Below, in pieces: positions 39,301 to 53,400 of a stretch of DNA of 64,000 nucleotides (positions within the stretch are counted from its first letter, which is position 1; each line of letters starts with the position of its first letter). The position numbers and the translations under genes are program-made. Location of the stretch: positions 3,906,001 to 3,970,000 of the forward strand of contig NC_134031.1 of assembly GCF_964204645.1 (NCBI RefSeq), in the 5' to 3' direction. The notes beneath the pieces are model-generated. The model was given only the letters and a program-made list of their open reading frames with translations. It was not told the DNA's origin and ran no database searches. This DNA comes from Tubulanus polymorphus. Lineage: Eukaryota > Animalia > Nemertea.

Positions 39301-41571
39301 TGAAACTCGAACAAATGTTAGAAATACTCGAGACCGATCCGATGGTTTCATTCCTGCTGCCAGGTATGTTTAATCTCATTTGGAAGCTCTCAATCATCTG
39401 TCATCAGATATGTAGTTCCATACTGAATATAAAACCCCTGGATCCAGTTCCACAGTTGTGAGTTGAGTTAACTCTGAGTTAAGATTAGTTCATTTTCAGA
39501 GTTAACTTAGAGTCAAATCTTAACACAGAACTTCGGAACTGGGTCCTGGGTTTCATGAAGCAGTTTAAGCTTATTGTGGTTAAGTTTGTATTGTTGACCG
39601 CATGAAAAACATGAAGTAACCAATGGCAATTAAACTAAAAAGTTGACGAAATGAACCCTGAAATTCATTGTCATGAGTTCTATTACACCTTTACTGTGAT
39701 GAAACCTAGATAGATTACGATTATTTCATTTTCAATGTTTCAACTAACAAGTGATCTGCAAAGGGGTAGACTAAAGTAGGCTACCACACTATGCTATATG
39801 TAGAATTTCAGCCTATATGCACGTTCGAGTAACTGGTAACTTGACTCAAGCATCAATGCATTATTATCATCATTAAATTTTGAAAACGGGTAACTCTGAT
39901 GCAACAGTTTTTGGTACTGCTTTCGCTTTGAATTCAATTTTCTCGAAATCTCAAAATATTAAGATGGACTAACAACCTCACAGTGGCTTGACTGTGGAGC
40001 TGGCACTCCGGAGTTCTATAAATTGATCATGTTTTTATAGGTCTGATCAAATTTTTCGGTAACATGGCTCGACTTCACCCGAAAGAGATGTTCGACCAGT
40101 ACGATCTGTTTTTGAAAACGGTGTTTTCCGTGCTCGATAGCAGTGATGTATCCTTGAGCATTGTCGCCATAGAAACTGTAGGATTCGTCGGTAGAACAGT
40201 TGAAGGGAAGAAAGCGCTTGAAGATCACGGTAAGGAGAGATATGGAATGGAAATGAGGAGGAACGTTTTTTCAGTGTACTGTACAGTCGGTATTTGTTGG
40301 GATGGATGAAATCCATGCGGTATTTCCTTCAATAAGGTCCCTGTAAAATAATACATTAGCCGGCTGTGCCCGAATACACAACTTTTCAGTAACTAGGCTG
40401 TGGCGCCCTCACTCGATCTTAAAGAGCTGGCATACAATGCTAGTTTGTTAATTTTCTCAACCAAACAACCTTTTCGAGTTGCTCAGCAGCCACTAGTCTA
40501 TACATACATGTATATTTAGCCAAGCAGATGCGTTGTATTGATTGAGCGAATTTGCCGGTGAAAAACAACTCATCTGACCCTGATTGGTTTGATACATGGA
40601 CTGGTGGGAACTATGGCCAGGGTTTGTGTTGTCGTGAGCTCTGGCGGGAGGCAATCAAACCTTGGATAGCGAAGATGAGATAAGCAAGCGTGGCATAAAC
40701 TTAAAATGCCACCCCGATGTCGAAACCCTTGAGGTCAGGATAGTCAGTCCTATTCTTGTCCTAGACGAGGCTTATATAGCACTTATATCCAGCTGGGTTA
40801 CTCTAGATAAATATACTGGTTGTTAGTTGATTTTATTACCCCTGCCTGTATAACTAACAGTGCGTCAGTCATCTCTCCATGGTAACATACGAGTGACTAC
40901 TCAATGCTTAGGAGTCATCTCTCAGTACGGACACCCAAGGTTGTGAGGAAGAGTGCCTTGCCCAGGGACACTACAGTAATATGCGGGATTTGAACAGTCG
41001 ATTGCTCTAACCCCACACCTCTTTAGCCCACATCTAATGACCTAGCTTGTGTATGGTTAACTTTTTAGGTGTGAACACATCAGTCGCCGTGCGTCGTCTG
41101 GGAGCGTTGATGAGAAACTCACCGCAGGAAATTCGCGGCCGTTGCATAACGTCGATCGCGAATCTCATACATCTCGAGTTCGAGGAGCAGACGCCGCATT
41201 TGCTGTCGCTCACCGAGTCGTGGTTCAACCAGATACAAAAACCGATGGAGTTCGTCGTGTCGATGACGACGCAGCCGTTCGAAGATCTACGCGCGCCGTT
41301 ACTGACGCTGATTCGGTCGTTGGCGTCGTTGCCGTGGGGACAGCGCCGGATTAACGAGCATCCCGGATTCAACGAGTACTTGTTGAATCGGTCGACCGAA
41401 TTCGACAAACGCGGCAAGGAGATGAAGTACGCGATCGTACGAACGTTGGTCGATTCGCCGACCGCGCAGGAAATATTTGGCAATCCGTTTTATCTGCGAC
41501 TGCGCGAATACGCGAACGAAGGGGCGTTTTACGTACGAGCCGAAACGCAGGTGGCGCTCGAGTCGACATAG
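36343..41571 (+). CDS. PSMD5: 26S proteasome non-ATPase regulatory subunit 5 (S5b/Hsm3 assembly chaperone); exons 36343-36530, 37384-37528, 38054-38186, 38649-38752, 39111-39363, 40041-40229, 41069-41571
   Basis: Phase-consistent GT-AG exons; DTIRYRVYE, DDLLVQLNC, LIKFFGNMA, QPFEDLR, PGFNEYLLNRSTE, YLRLREYANEGAFYV. Confidence 0.9.
36904..37347. mobile_element. Foldback non-autonomous DNA transposon with a 9 bp target-site duplication (MULE/Merlin-like)
   Basis: TIR ggtcatccttattaccgagatga; arms extend >100 bp; cccaatagc is repeated directly at 36895-36903 and 37348-37356. Confidence 0.8.
37614..37840. mobile_element. MITE
   Basis: ccgggtcctttacttaa...ttaagtgaaggaccaggg termini. Confidence 0.55.
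40499..41015 (-). mobile_element. tRNA-derived SINE in a PSMD5 intron
   Basis: Minus strand: ggttagagc...gttcaaatcccgc (A/B-box-like), gtgtccctgggcaaggcact (common SINE core), (TGTA)n-like tail near 40500. Confidence 0.55.
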
Positions 41572-42809
41572 ATTACGCAACGCGGTTTGATGCTTTTTAG
41601 AAGTTTTTATTCAGCGTAAAGAATCTTGTAGGCGCGCTGGGTGATTTCTCAGTCCCGCGAGATTTGAGTTCAGCTCATCTTGGTTGTTCGAATTTTTTAG
41701 TGTCGATGGAAAAGTCTCAACTATTCTGTCTGTTGGCACGAAGTGATTATACTATCGGTGTTACCTTAAGCTGCCAACTCGCTCTATACCAGTTACTGAT
41801 AGCTGAACTTCCTTCATGAAAAAATCCTGGTCTGTTCAACTATTTTGTAGAGACTTAATATCTATAGGAAAATGTTATATTTTTAATATTGTATTTTGTA
41901 GTATATTTATGGTGGGGTAATTGTGACATGGTCATGTGTGAGGGGCCTTTCAGACTCCGAACTGATGATATAAACCCTTAACTCAATTACACGAAAGCGA
42001 TTTGTGATAAACATTGAACAGTGCTGTGCATTACGACTTCTTGCATTATATCATATTAAGGACTACCCCAAAAAATGTGTGCAATGGGGGCCTATAGCTA
42101 AGCATACATTGACTGGCATATGTTATTCGGAGATAACTTGTTGCAAGGCAGTTTTCCGCCTCCGTGAGAACTGGCCACATACAATCTGAATCAGTTGCTG
42201 GAATCTTATCAATGTATATGAGCTTACAACTGTTAATATATTAAACGATCCCCTGTTGCGGTCTGTTATTTTTCGGCAACTGGTTCTTGGATTCGGTGAT
42301 ATCACCCGATCTGCACTCTCCATTATCTCAATAACAGACGGTCATGTGACTAAAACTAATCGAGATGATACGTGGCTTAGGGATGGCCTAGAATTATTTT
42401 GCCAGATAATAGATTCTGGTTGCTGTTGATGATTGCGCTGTGGATCTCGAGGCTGGCACGCTACAACTGCTTGAATTTCACCAGTTTTTTCATGATGCGT
42501 GCGGGGTTCTCGCGACTGATCCGATTAGTTGTTAGTCCGATGTATGCCTAGCTTCCCTCGGTGATGTTTGATTGGACTGTAAAAATTTCACAGAGTTGAC
42601 CGCATACCGAGTCAACAATCGGTGAGACAAAACTACGGTTACCGAAGCGAATCTTCGTACAATTCATTTTACAATTCGTGCTCAGAGCTTCCTAGAGGAG
42701 TATTAAATCTTAACTGCTGCTGCTGGATAACTACTTGAATGAATGAAATATGGCTAGTAATTGACATTACTATGAACCATGATTTCAAATTTGAATCAAA
42801 ATATTGTTG

Positions 42810-42968
42810 AACCAGCTTAATCCGGATTTTGGTCATATCTGGGCAAAATTTTCAATCCATTTGTTCTTTAATAAATATACAAGAAAATTACTTTTTACCC
42901 GGATTTCCCGTAAACCGGATGAATTTTGTTGGTCCTTAAATATCCGAATTAAGCGGATTCTACTGTAC
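42810..42968. mobile_element. Tc1/mariner-type MITE remnant (TA-CAGT termini); relatives at ~19319-19790, 44477-44637 and 52273-52440
   Basis: aagcggattctactgta end; 52273-52440 is a reverse-complement match. Confidence 0.6.
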
Positions 42969-43809
42969 TGTCAATGTAGTAAATGAAAAATCTACAAGAC
43001 TCTTCAACCGGAACCCTATAACCCTGAATCCATAAGTTTTTCAAATTTAGATGTAATTAATATCATACTAAAGTATCCATCTTATTGGAATCTGCCTTTT
43101 AAATTTTAGTCCCGTTAAATTTAGGTTGGTTGAAATGTTACATCCCTACAGCTCAATGAGTTGAAAAAACGCTTGATTATATTTTGGTATGAGAATAAAA
43201 TTCCAAAATCGATGGTTTACAAACCTAATTCTAACAGACCGGTGGGGCCAATGGACACTAGCAAATATCCGAAGGGGGTGCTTCCAAGCAACAGATGGTT
43301 TTACTTGCATTTAGATATTTTATTAAATTAGATGATTTGAATAAACTTCGAAATTCATTTAGTTTAACATGCTCAATGATACAATATACCATTTCTGGTC
43401 TTCTAGATAAGTCTTTGTCGTATATTTGTCACTCGTTTGTATGGTATATGAATAAATATTGTTAAAATAATTGACATACAGGCGTTATTCTTATCATTAC
43501 TGTATTTTCCAGCCAATTTTCTGTGGAGAAATTCATTCCGTGGTGAAACAGAAAAAACACGTCACAAAACATTTACACAAAATAACGTTTTTTCTGCTTT
43601 ATTACATATATTACTATTATAACATAGAAAATAGAATTTCGAGATAAACAATATAGAACCAGTCGCCCGCTTTAAAAATTACAATCTTACTCTTAATCAA
43701 CAAATTTTCATTCCAGCACAATTTGCCCCACAAAATGCAGCAACCAGAACAAGTCTTTTCCGTTTTTACTATAAATTGATCGAATGGGTACTCCAGCGGG
43801 AATATGTCA

Positions 43810-45422
43810 TCACACCGGTAGCGTTTTACTGACAGTTGTAGACGCGGCTGAATAAAATATTTTTGTGAAGAATTTCATCCCCGTGTGTCCGCCTGGAATA
43901 TAGCTGACCATATACCTGAAAATAGATATCGAAAGATAATGCATTTTCTATCAATACGAGACCTCGCAGTTATCACTTTTTAAGGGTGGAGACTTCTTAT
44001 ACATGTACCTATTTATCTATGAAATTATGTTAATGATCTTGTACATATTATAAGTAAATAAATCATTCAATCATCCAGATGAGAGCACAATTTCTTAGTG
44101 CTCCTGTCAGAGTCTGCCCCTGGATACGCCCCTGCCACTTGAGTTTGAAATCAAGACAATCGCTAAGAAATCATCCATGTTCCATACTTACCACACTAAG
44201 GAAATCATTTGAGCCACAGCAAATACAATCGTTAGAGCAGTTGACTTGTACTACAAAATTAGGATTAAAAAATTTTCAATTTTTTGCAAATATCCATTCA
44301 TAGGGGCCTTTATGTAATAAGCAGTATGCTATGTAAGCTTGCACAGTTGCCTGTTTTTTGTATTCTGGAAATTTTAACATAATCAGGAGCCAGATCTACA
44401 GGTTCAAGTAAAAATGACGTGATGCCAGGGTCAAATACTATTAAAGTTACACATATAACTCCTCAGTTCCGAAAATACAGTGAAACCCGCTTAATTCCGA
44501 TGATTTAAATCGGGTCCATTTACAGTCCACTTCATAAATGTATGTAAAATATGAGGTTTAAATTCACATTTTAAACCACATAAACCTGGTCAGTTTCATC
44601 GGTCCAAAGTGGTCTGAATTAAGCGGCTTTGACAGTAGTCATAATCAATTAGGTGTATAATCAACAATGCGTTCTAAAGAAACTTACCCATACAGAGAAA
44701 TATATAGTCGCGAACATGGTGCCCAAATAAGCAGTTGTAAAAGCTATTCTTGGCCCCGATAATAAATGCTTCACATGATTCATTGGTCCCCACAGTAACG
44801 AAAAACTAGCGATTAGAAACAGACTTCCAAGTGTGTAGAGCAGTGCGAATTTCCTGGGTTTCACAACTACCATCGGCAAAAATAACCAGGCCTGTAAAAA
44901 ATATAACATTAATTCTATAACTTTCATGTGATTTGCCATGATTCAATTGCAATTAAATGTTCATTGACTGACAAAGTTCCAGTTCGGCGAGTCAAACTTA
45001 CCAAGACAAAACAGAACAGTCCAACCGCGATACAACCCATGAATCCTAATATTCTCTGTTTCTTTGACTGTCAAAGAGAAGATAAAATATTTGTTAGTTA
45101 TAAGCCTAGAACATCATCGATACCATTGTTTAAAACATGCATTTATGTATTACGGTGCAATAAAGATTAAATTGAATTGAATTGTATAAAGAGTACGGCT
45201 TACCAGTGACGGTAAACAAGGATCCCGATTGGCTTCGTTAAACCAGCCATTAGTCCCGTCATGACTACTAGTAGAATTATCATCCTCAGGATTCGGGGGT
45301 TTCATGAAACTAGGGAGCCAAGTTCTGTTTCCATCTGTTTCCAATAAGGAAGACGTAGAACTCGTCGAGGATTTGTCATTTTTCTGCAAATATGCTTGCA
45401 ATTTACTTCCAACACCGGCCAT
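43810..45422 (-). CDS. SFT2D3: Vesicle transport protein SFT2 family, SFT2D3/SFT2C-like; exons ~45204-45422, 45002-45067, 44688-44891, 44192-44250, 43810-43915
   Basis: Got1/Sft2 motifs SLSKKQRILGF, KPRKFALLYTLGSLF, WGPMNH, WYMVSYIPGG, C-terminal KTLPV*; long polar N-terminus. Confidence 0.8.
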
Positions 45423-46201
45423 GATAACATCCACTTGAGGGTGGCTCCGAGAATATCCTAATAAAACTCCATGTAACCCAAACGGCGGGTGCCGGCGAGA
45501 GTCATTTTTTTCCGAGAGGAAAGGGAATGCTTCTCATCGAATAAAGACGGGATACTTCATCAAAAACCATTGGTAGACTATTTTTGGATATTTAAGTATT
45601 TAAATACATATCACCGAAACTAGAGCCGCCAAAATGCCCGCTGCGGTCACCGATTCGGTCCAACGAGTACAAGTCCATCCGTTTATATAAGCTTACGACC
45701 CGACAGATGATCGATGTAACTATACCTAACTGAAAAACTGAGATGTCTAGTACAGTGTATTGGCACACTCCAGTCGTTTTGTAGGCTTGTCCCGGGTTCG
45801 AAAACTTCGCACCGTCGTTTTGTCTTCACCAATACTATATACTAGTCAGAATTGAAATTCAATTACCCACATTTTTTCTGTTTAATCACTTGAATAAGAA
45901 TTGTTGATTAGCTCAGCTAAACGTTTGATTGAGTTTTCTGACAAACCGGACACTCTACGTATTCGTCCCTTTCGTCAAAAATCCGACAAAATACTGATTT
46001 GAGTAGATTGGAGAACAACGGCATGATTTACCAAAACGCCACACAAAGCAAATGACATTAGGCGATTACTCTACTTCAAATAAAGAACAAAGATGTGGGG
46101 TTATAAATTTGTATATTTCATAAATAGTGTATTTCATCCACATTTTCTTCAGCAAGCACAATCATTCACCGTAAAGCTTGACTGGGTTTGATTGCTGCAA
46201 G

Positions 46202-49200
46202 TTAGTTATATTCGTTTTGATAATGATGACCTTCCGGTGACGACTTAGGACTTTCATGAATAACCATTCGATGAAAGATGTGGTCACGTGTTATTGGGCT
46301 GGTGTCGTCCGTACTGGAAACGCTCCCTTTGCGAACTCTAAAACTTCCGTGACGACGCCACAAAACGATTAACAACACAACTATGATAATTCCGACGAAA
46401 CCTACAGCACCAGCTGAACTGTAAATGATAATGTTATTGCGTCGGTCCATTGATGCAATAACCTGACGATGAATATCCGCCGATTCAGATGTCTTTACTG
46501 TTACTGTCGTCGACGACACAATTTGCGAAGTCGATGACTCTAGTTTCTTATGAATTTGTTCAGTAAAATTTAGTACATCAGAATTCTGCGAAGTTGATGA
46601 TGCACTTAATTCTATATTTTGAGAGGTTGTCATGTTAACGAGGTCCACGTCTGATATAGACGTCGTGGTATACGATTTTTGTTCTGAAGTTACCGATGTT
46701 GGCCTGACGACCATCGTCGTCATAGTTTGTTCAACTGTTGTAGTATTTATAGTTGTTGAAACTCCGTCAACGGAAATATCACCAGACGATTCAAACTCGA
46801 CATCAGAGCCATTACTGAGAACATGAGATTTCGAAATATCTGAAAAAAGTTAATTCTTCTTATTCAGTACGTCAATATGATGATAATGTATTTACGGTAT
46901 ATCAGGCCCGTGCCTAGCTTTCTTGAGCGGCAGTTTTATTTCAAGAAAAAGGCACTTTTGACCGTGGAAAGGGGCACTTTTCACGGTAGATTTCAAATAT
47001 GATTTTTTCAAGATTTCAAATATGATTTTTAGTACCTGAATAAACCATTTGAGAAAAGATAACCTTTCATTTTCGAAAAAAACATAAGAATTGTATCCAT
47101 CCAAATTTCGAAAATCAGGACCCGAATTTTTGACAGTAACTTTTTGGAAGAGGACCTTCAAAATTCTAGGGGGTTCATTTGCTACCCCCAACCCCATCTC
47201 AGCACGGGCCTGTTTATTTTGAATGTTATTTGCTGATTAAATGGGTATTTTGGACGAACGCTATATTCATACTTACTAAGTCCTGGACAGGGTTTCAATT
47301 GGACATCATCAATTGCGATATCAGTAAACTTCGTGGTTCCTCTCACCGCTTCAAATACTATCTGAAATTTATATTCATCAATTAGGAGTAGAGAGTTGAT
47401 GCTGGGCTGATTAATTTAGTGCGATATATGAAGGGTTACCTGGAATGATCTACGTAGAGGTTCGATCGCTATTTCTGCTCGATTCCAAACACGGCCCTGA
47501 TTCCCACGTTTTGTGAATCGGCTATCCATATTGCTCGATCCAGATGTCTTGAGGTATACGTTCAGCTCACCCACTATCAGGAAAGAAGGTTTCATTTATT
47601 AGTAAAATCCAAGCCTTAACTTTCCGGTCATTATACGATATTTCAGGGGAGGGGGGGTGCACAGGTGGACTAATTTTGTGATCGTAGTAAAAGTATATAA
47701 ATTCACTTACTTCCTACCTGTCCGTACATGTAGTACCAGAATTCAAAACATTGTCCACTAACGTTTGCCTCGTATATCGGAGACAACAGTCGAGTCTTTT
47801 GGCCATCGCGTCGTGGAAATGATGACTCGGCATATAGGTAACGACCTGATAATATAAACAGCATTATTGATATCGTCATATTGTATGGATATGGCCATTT
47901 GTTTTCTCGTCAGTTCTTCGATTGATGTTCTGAGTATCCAGCCTTTACGACGGGTTGGCATGTTTTTTTTTGGAATCTCAAAATAGGGATTGACCCTATT
48001 ATCTATTTGGTCGGTATATTCTGTTTGATTTGGTGTCCTTACAGGCCAACCATACCTGCCGGGATCGAAACAGGGGGTTTGATTTTGAAATCAGGAATCG
48101 ATACAGATATAGTTGTGTGATGCGGCGGTCGAATTTTACAGAATTCTTTGTTCAAATCGAAGTACAGTTTAATTGGGAAATTCGGTTCCGGTTCGTTCAA
48201 ATAAACTTTTAACCAATCTGAACCGGTAAGTTACTGATTGGGGTTAATTTTGTTGGCTTCCTAATTAATATATCGATTTTGGAAAAAATTAATTACAAAG
48301 TTGAAGACGAAGTGTTTTATCATACGTACCATTCCGTCTTAAACCTTTCGTGTGATCAGCTGTTGGCCCAGTATTATCCGTGGACGTAGGACCGGTATTG
48401 ACTGACCAATCGAAATCATCCGTCGAATCTTGCACCCAGCCACATGTATCATCGTCAAAATTACATTCCTCTTTGCTAGCTGAAACGGGATACGTTAGTT
48501 TTAATCAATAAGCAACTGTATCGTTAATACCATTGTTATTATCACGAATACCAGTACATCATGATAATTCATCGTACAAGTAACTCGCCAACGACACATT
48601 ATTTGAGGAAGGAAATTCCAACATAACACATTTTGATTATATCATAATACAAATCAATAACTTCACGGAAAGTACCCTTACGCGTATGTAAGTTTCAAAT
48701 TCGGATACTTTATCCGTGAAAGAACTTACATGCTACGCATTGCGGTATTGTCGCATTCCATTTGCGCGTGTTACAGTAGATAACTGCCGAGCCTTTCAGC
48801 TGCCCATTACCTTTACACGAAAACTTCGTCAAATATCCACCGAAGCCTGTAGCTTCGAGTCCAGGTGATGGTAGAACAGGAGGACATCCCGTGCCTGTAG
48901 AAATCAAAGATATACGCTAATTTTCCAACAATTCTATTTCAACAAATGACGAAATGAAAAAGTTTCATTAACGCGATCATTGATTCACCTGCGCAAATTG
49001 GAGGAGGTTTCGACCAGTTTCCATCCATACACACGGCAACTGCAGCTCCGATACGTTTCAGATTTCGCCTACAGTGAAAATATACCAACCGACCAGCATT
49101 TTTAACTCGCGTTCTACCACCTCGAACGCGTGGTTTTCTGCAACGGCGGCTACTGGTACCTGAATAAACAATTGAAGAAAGATATTTTGTAAAGAAACTT

Positions 49201-49588
49201 GACAAACAGTTTCAATCCATACGAATTATGTCTAATCACCAAATTTTACTTTCTCATTTTCTGCATGGTCAAAAAGAAATTCACTTTTAAATCCAATTTT
49301 GTAACTATGAATTCTGCAGAAACGTTCCCCTTACATGATATACTTCGTGGTATTAGTAATCATTCCATATAAAGTGACTTATAAGTCTAAATTGGGGCTG
49401 GGTACTATATCTATTCATACGCAAATAATATGTACTCCGTGTTACTTTAATGTAGATAAAAATTAGACAATAAAACGCAATAATCTGAACCCTTTTTAGT
49501 TGATACACATTGACTACTTACCAGAGGAAGTACCTGCCAGCAGCAAAATCATATGTAAAATGATAATTAACTGAATTAGAAACTTCAT
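46202..49588 (-). CDS. Type I membrane protein: signal peptide, 2x CCP (sushi), MAM, Ser/Thr-rich stalk, TM, cytoplasmic tail (class C scavenger receptor-like); exons ~49522-49588, 48990-49159, 48731-48894, 48330-48479, 47711-47845, 47441-47574, 47277-47361, 46202-46840
   Basis: MKFLIQLIIILHMILLLAG signal; CCP C..C..W....P.C twice; MAM CNFDDDTCGW, TGPTADHT, GRYLYAESS, CFEFWYYMYG, IVFEAVRG...DIAIDDV; TM AGAVGFVGIIIVVLLIVLW; all phases join. Confidence 0.85.
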
Positions 49589-50441
49589 TTTTGCGAATAT
49601 ATAAGGCTTGCACGATTAAACGACTTTTCGGCTGGAAATCTCGGTGAGAACTAGCAAGTATATCTCCTTTAAGTTACTGCATCTTTAACTGTTAATATAA
49701 CCGCACACAGATAAGAAATCATTGTCTTTTTCTCCAAAGAGCATAATGTTGAGTGTTAGTCCGTTATGATAAAACGGTCAGCTATATGATACGAACAGCG
49801 TTTATGAATTAGAGTGCTGTGAACTCCAACTCCGGATGCTGGCTCTTATCAGCTCAGGAGGAAACAGACTTTTGTTTTACTGGGTTATACAAATTTTCTC
49901 GCCAAGCGTTCATCGAAACATTTCGAGGGTGACTTTCCGGATAATACTCAAGGATAAAAGAAAACTGCTTAGTTAGAATTGCTTAATTATAATGGATATC
50001 GTTTTTGAGACAGTCAGCAGGTGTCATACACAGAAAAGTCATTACGTAAATACGATATATTCTCAAGGTAGATTATAACTGGACTATCTCTTAATAAATG
50101 ATATTCAAAGTTTATTTGAAGGTTTTGGCATCTATCTTAAAATCCAATCTAATTAGAAACAAAAGTTCAGTCGGAAAAATGACTAATGTGAAAATTGCAC
50201 GGCCGCAAATGAATATTCTAAATTCCTTACTTGAACAAAAGGGCACTGGCACATAATTCAATTATGCTAGAAAATACGAATCTTTATCATTGGACAAAAA
50301 TATTTTCCGATGCCGTTGCTCTCGGCGAACTGATTCCCCGCGCTGGAGAAATCGCCAGAATTTTGGATTCGAACCGAATCGAATTCGCGCCACGGGTTTG
50401 CAGTCTGTGATCAATCCAATACGTCGATGCAGCTTAACAAA

Positions 50442-53400
50442 ATGGCCGACATAAACAAATGGGTTGAAATTGCCAAAGAATGCAAATATTTGCCAGAAAA
50501 TGACTTAAGAGTGAGTTATATACTCGTTGAAATAAATGAATAATAACTTCATATATAGCAGGCCAAGTTTAAATCTAAAAATTTGGTTGTTTATTGTTAT
50601 TTAATTGCAAATCATCGAATTAAGTTTAGCGTTTTGGACGTTCCTTCCCCGAACTGGGGGTCCGAGAGTAGATAGAGAGGAAGCAATGCAATCATGACAA
50701 TGCAAGTGACGTAACGTATTAAACGTAGGCAGCTTGGTCGGGCTATGTTTATAAAGCTAAACTTAAAATTGTTTTTCTTAACAAGTCTCATGTTGAACCC
50801 TCATCCGTGTTATGTACCCTGTGCTGTGGACGCAGGTAAGGCCAAGTCCAAGGCCAGGGGCAGGGTGTTTCCGAAACTAAAAGCTTATTGACTATACAAC
50901 ATCAGGCCCCATTCAATTCAAGTCCTGTTATTGTATTTGCAGAAAATTTGTGATTATGTTGCTGAATTATTACTTGAAGAATCAAATGTTCAACCAGTAT
51001 CGACACCTGTAACAGTTTGTGGTGATATACATGGACAGGTAAGCATACTTATCACCCTCGGGCCTACATCTTTTTGGCCATTTATTGATATTGTGGGAAC
51101 ACCATTCTTCGGATATTCCAATGAATTCACGATGAATTAAATTTCTGTAATCAGCAATTCCAAATTTTGGCAGAAGGCTGAGGTCGGCAGCGGATGATGG
51201 AGGATTATCCCGCGCGAAGGATTTGCCCACTAAGCCATTTACCTAATTTTATTTCATTTCTTTTCTAGTTCTACGATCTGAAAGAATTATTTCAAACTGG
51301 TGGAGAAATTCCCGACACAAATTATATTTTTATGGTAAGAAAATTATTCCAAGATATTATGCTGGTTAATAGCCACAATTAAACACTCATTTCTGACAAC
51401 GATATTGGTCGTTGTATTTTTTAGGGTGATTTCGTTGATAGAGGATATTACAGTTTGGAAACATTTACACTTTTGATGACTTTGAAAGCAAGGTAAGGGC
51501 TTCCAAAATCAGTTCCAATAATCAACTTTGTAAATCAATTTTATCGGAAATTTTGAAAATGTTTTCAGAAATGACCATTGTTGCTTACGTTGTTCTGTTC
51601 AGCCCTGAAATTTTCTTACTCCTCAGGTGGCCGGATAGAATTACTTTATTACGCGGCAATCATGAAAGTAGACAAATAACTCAAGTTTATGGATTTTATG
51701 GTAAGCTCATTGAAAAAACAATATGTATTATGATGGATTTTGACAATTGAAAGCAAATGCAGATACATGAAAAATGAGTTGAGTTCAAAAATTGATGCAT
51801 TGATCATCAAGTTCCAATCCTTTTACAAAAGGATTGGAACTTGAACAAAAGGATTGCGGCACAAAACCTCTTCAGCAATTGTTTTAAAATGGTTCTTCTA
51901 ATGTAGATGAATGTCAAACTAAATATGGAAACGCAAATGCCTGGAAATACTGTTGTCGAGTCTTCGATTTACTCACAGTTGCTGCGGTAAGTATCTTTAT
52001 GGGTTTCTGCTTTCGTCTCATTCTTGGGCAATTTATTTCTAAGGTTCACCCTTAAATATGAAGTGAATAGTCAATCACACTGTAATAAGCCTTGCATTAG
52101 TTAATCTCGCCTTGATCACGTTATATTTCAGATAATTGATGAAAGTGTTTTGTGTGTTCACGGCGGTCTCTCTCCAGATATCAAGACCATCGACCAAATA
52201 CGAACTATCGAACGCAATCAAGAAATTCCGCATAAAGGTGCTTTCTGTGGTATCCTTTTCTTCAAAATATGTGTACAATAGAATCTCCGTTTAGTGCGGA
52301 TCATTTGGGACCAACAAAATTCATCCGGTTTATCGGAAATCCGGATTAAGAGTAGTTTTCTTGTATATTAATGAACAAATAGACTGCAAATATTGTCCGG
52401 ATTAGACAAAATCCAGATTAAGCCAATCTGGATTAATAGGCCAGTCATGTGACTGGACAAAACTGGAATAATGGCGGCCAATTGTGGGTGACAAGAGTTT
52501 CAGTGAGGGGTCCGTTTATGTATATTAGGTCAAATGGTATTTTTAAGAATTTCACAAAAATTATGTCCTTCACTCGATGTTGTAAGATCTTGTATGGTCC
52601 GACCCGGAAGATGTCGAAAGTTGGGCGATAAGTCCTCGAGGAGCTGGCTGGCTGTTTGGTGCTAAAGTCACGAATGAGGTAAGTTTTCGTATCAATGTCT
52701 CATCAACTCTAGGGTTTGTGTGAGATTCTATGATCAGTTTGTGCTTTCCTGTATCCGGTTTATGATTCTATGACTTTTCACAATTTCAGTTTGTCCATAT
52801 AAATAATATAAAACTGATATGCAGAGCTCACCAATTAGTACATGAAGGTATGTTTCTAGAGTTAGTATGTCCTATGATTGGCGGTTTGAACTAATAAAAC
52901 TAATTAGTGCACCCAATGAACTAGCCAAAGTTAGATCTCAGTTAACTAAGAAGCTTCGTTTGCTAAAACTGGTCACACTTGGTAATATTAGGCTAAACAA
53001 AAATGATACCTTGTTTCTCCGCAGCGGCCGGGTCATTTTTGTAAGATATGATAAAATTTATAAACAGTTCATTTCTATAGCGGCCGGGTCTGTTATAGTT
53101 AAATTGATCACGATTTAAAAAAAAAGTAATGTATAGGGTAGATAGGCGGCCGGCCGGGTCAACATTTAAGCTCAGCAGAGCGGAGAAACAAGGTATCAAT
53201 TTTTTTTAGCCTTAAGCTTGACGAATTTTCGGATATTAGCGATTCCAAATAGCCAGGCTCCATATAGTAGGCTCAACTCAAGTCGGATTTTCTGACTCAA
53301 CCGAAGTCGGATCTTTTTGAACCATTGGCATTTGTTTGACTTAAGCAATATCTAAATTTGAAGATATATGAAATGTACAGTACAATATATATTTCATATA

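Noticed and set aside
42260-42660. Possible decayed LINE fragment downstream of PSMD5
   Set aside because: No convincing endonuclease or RT motifs could be read
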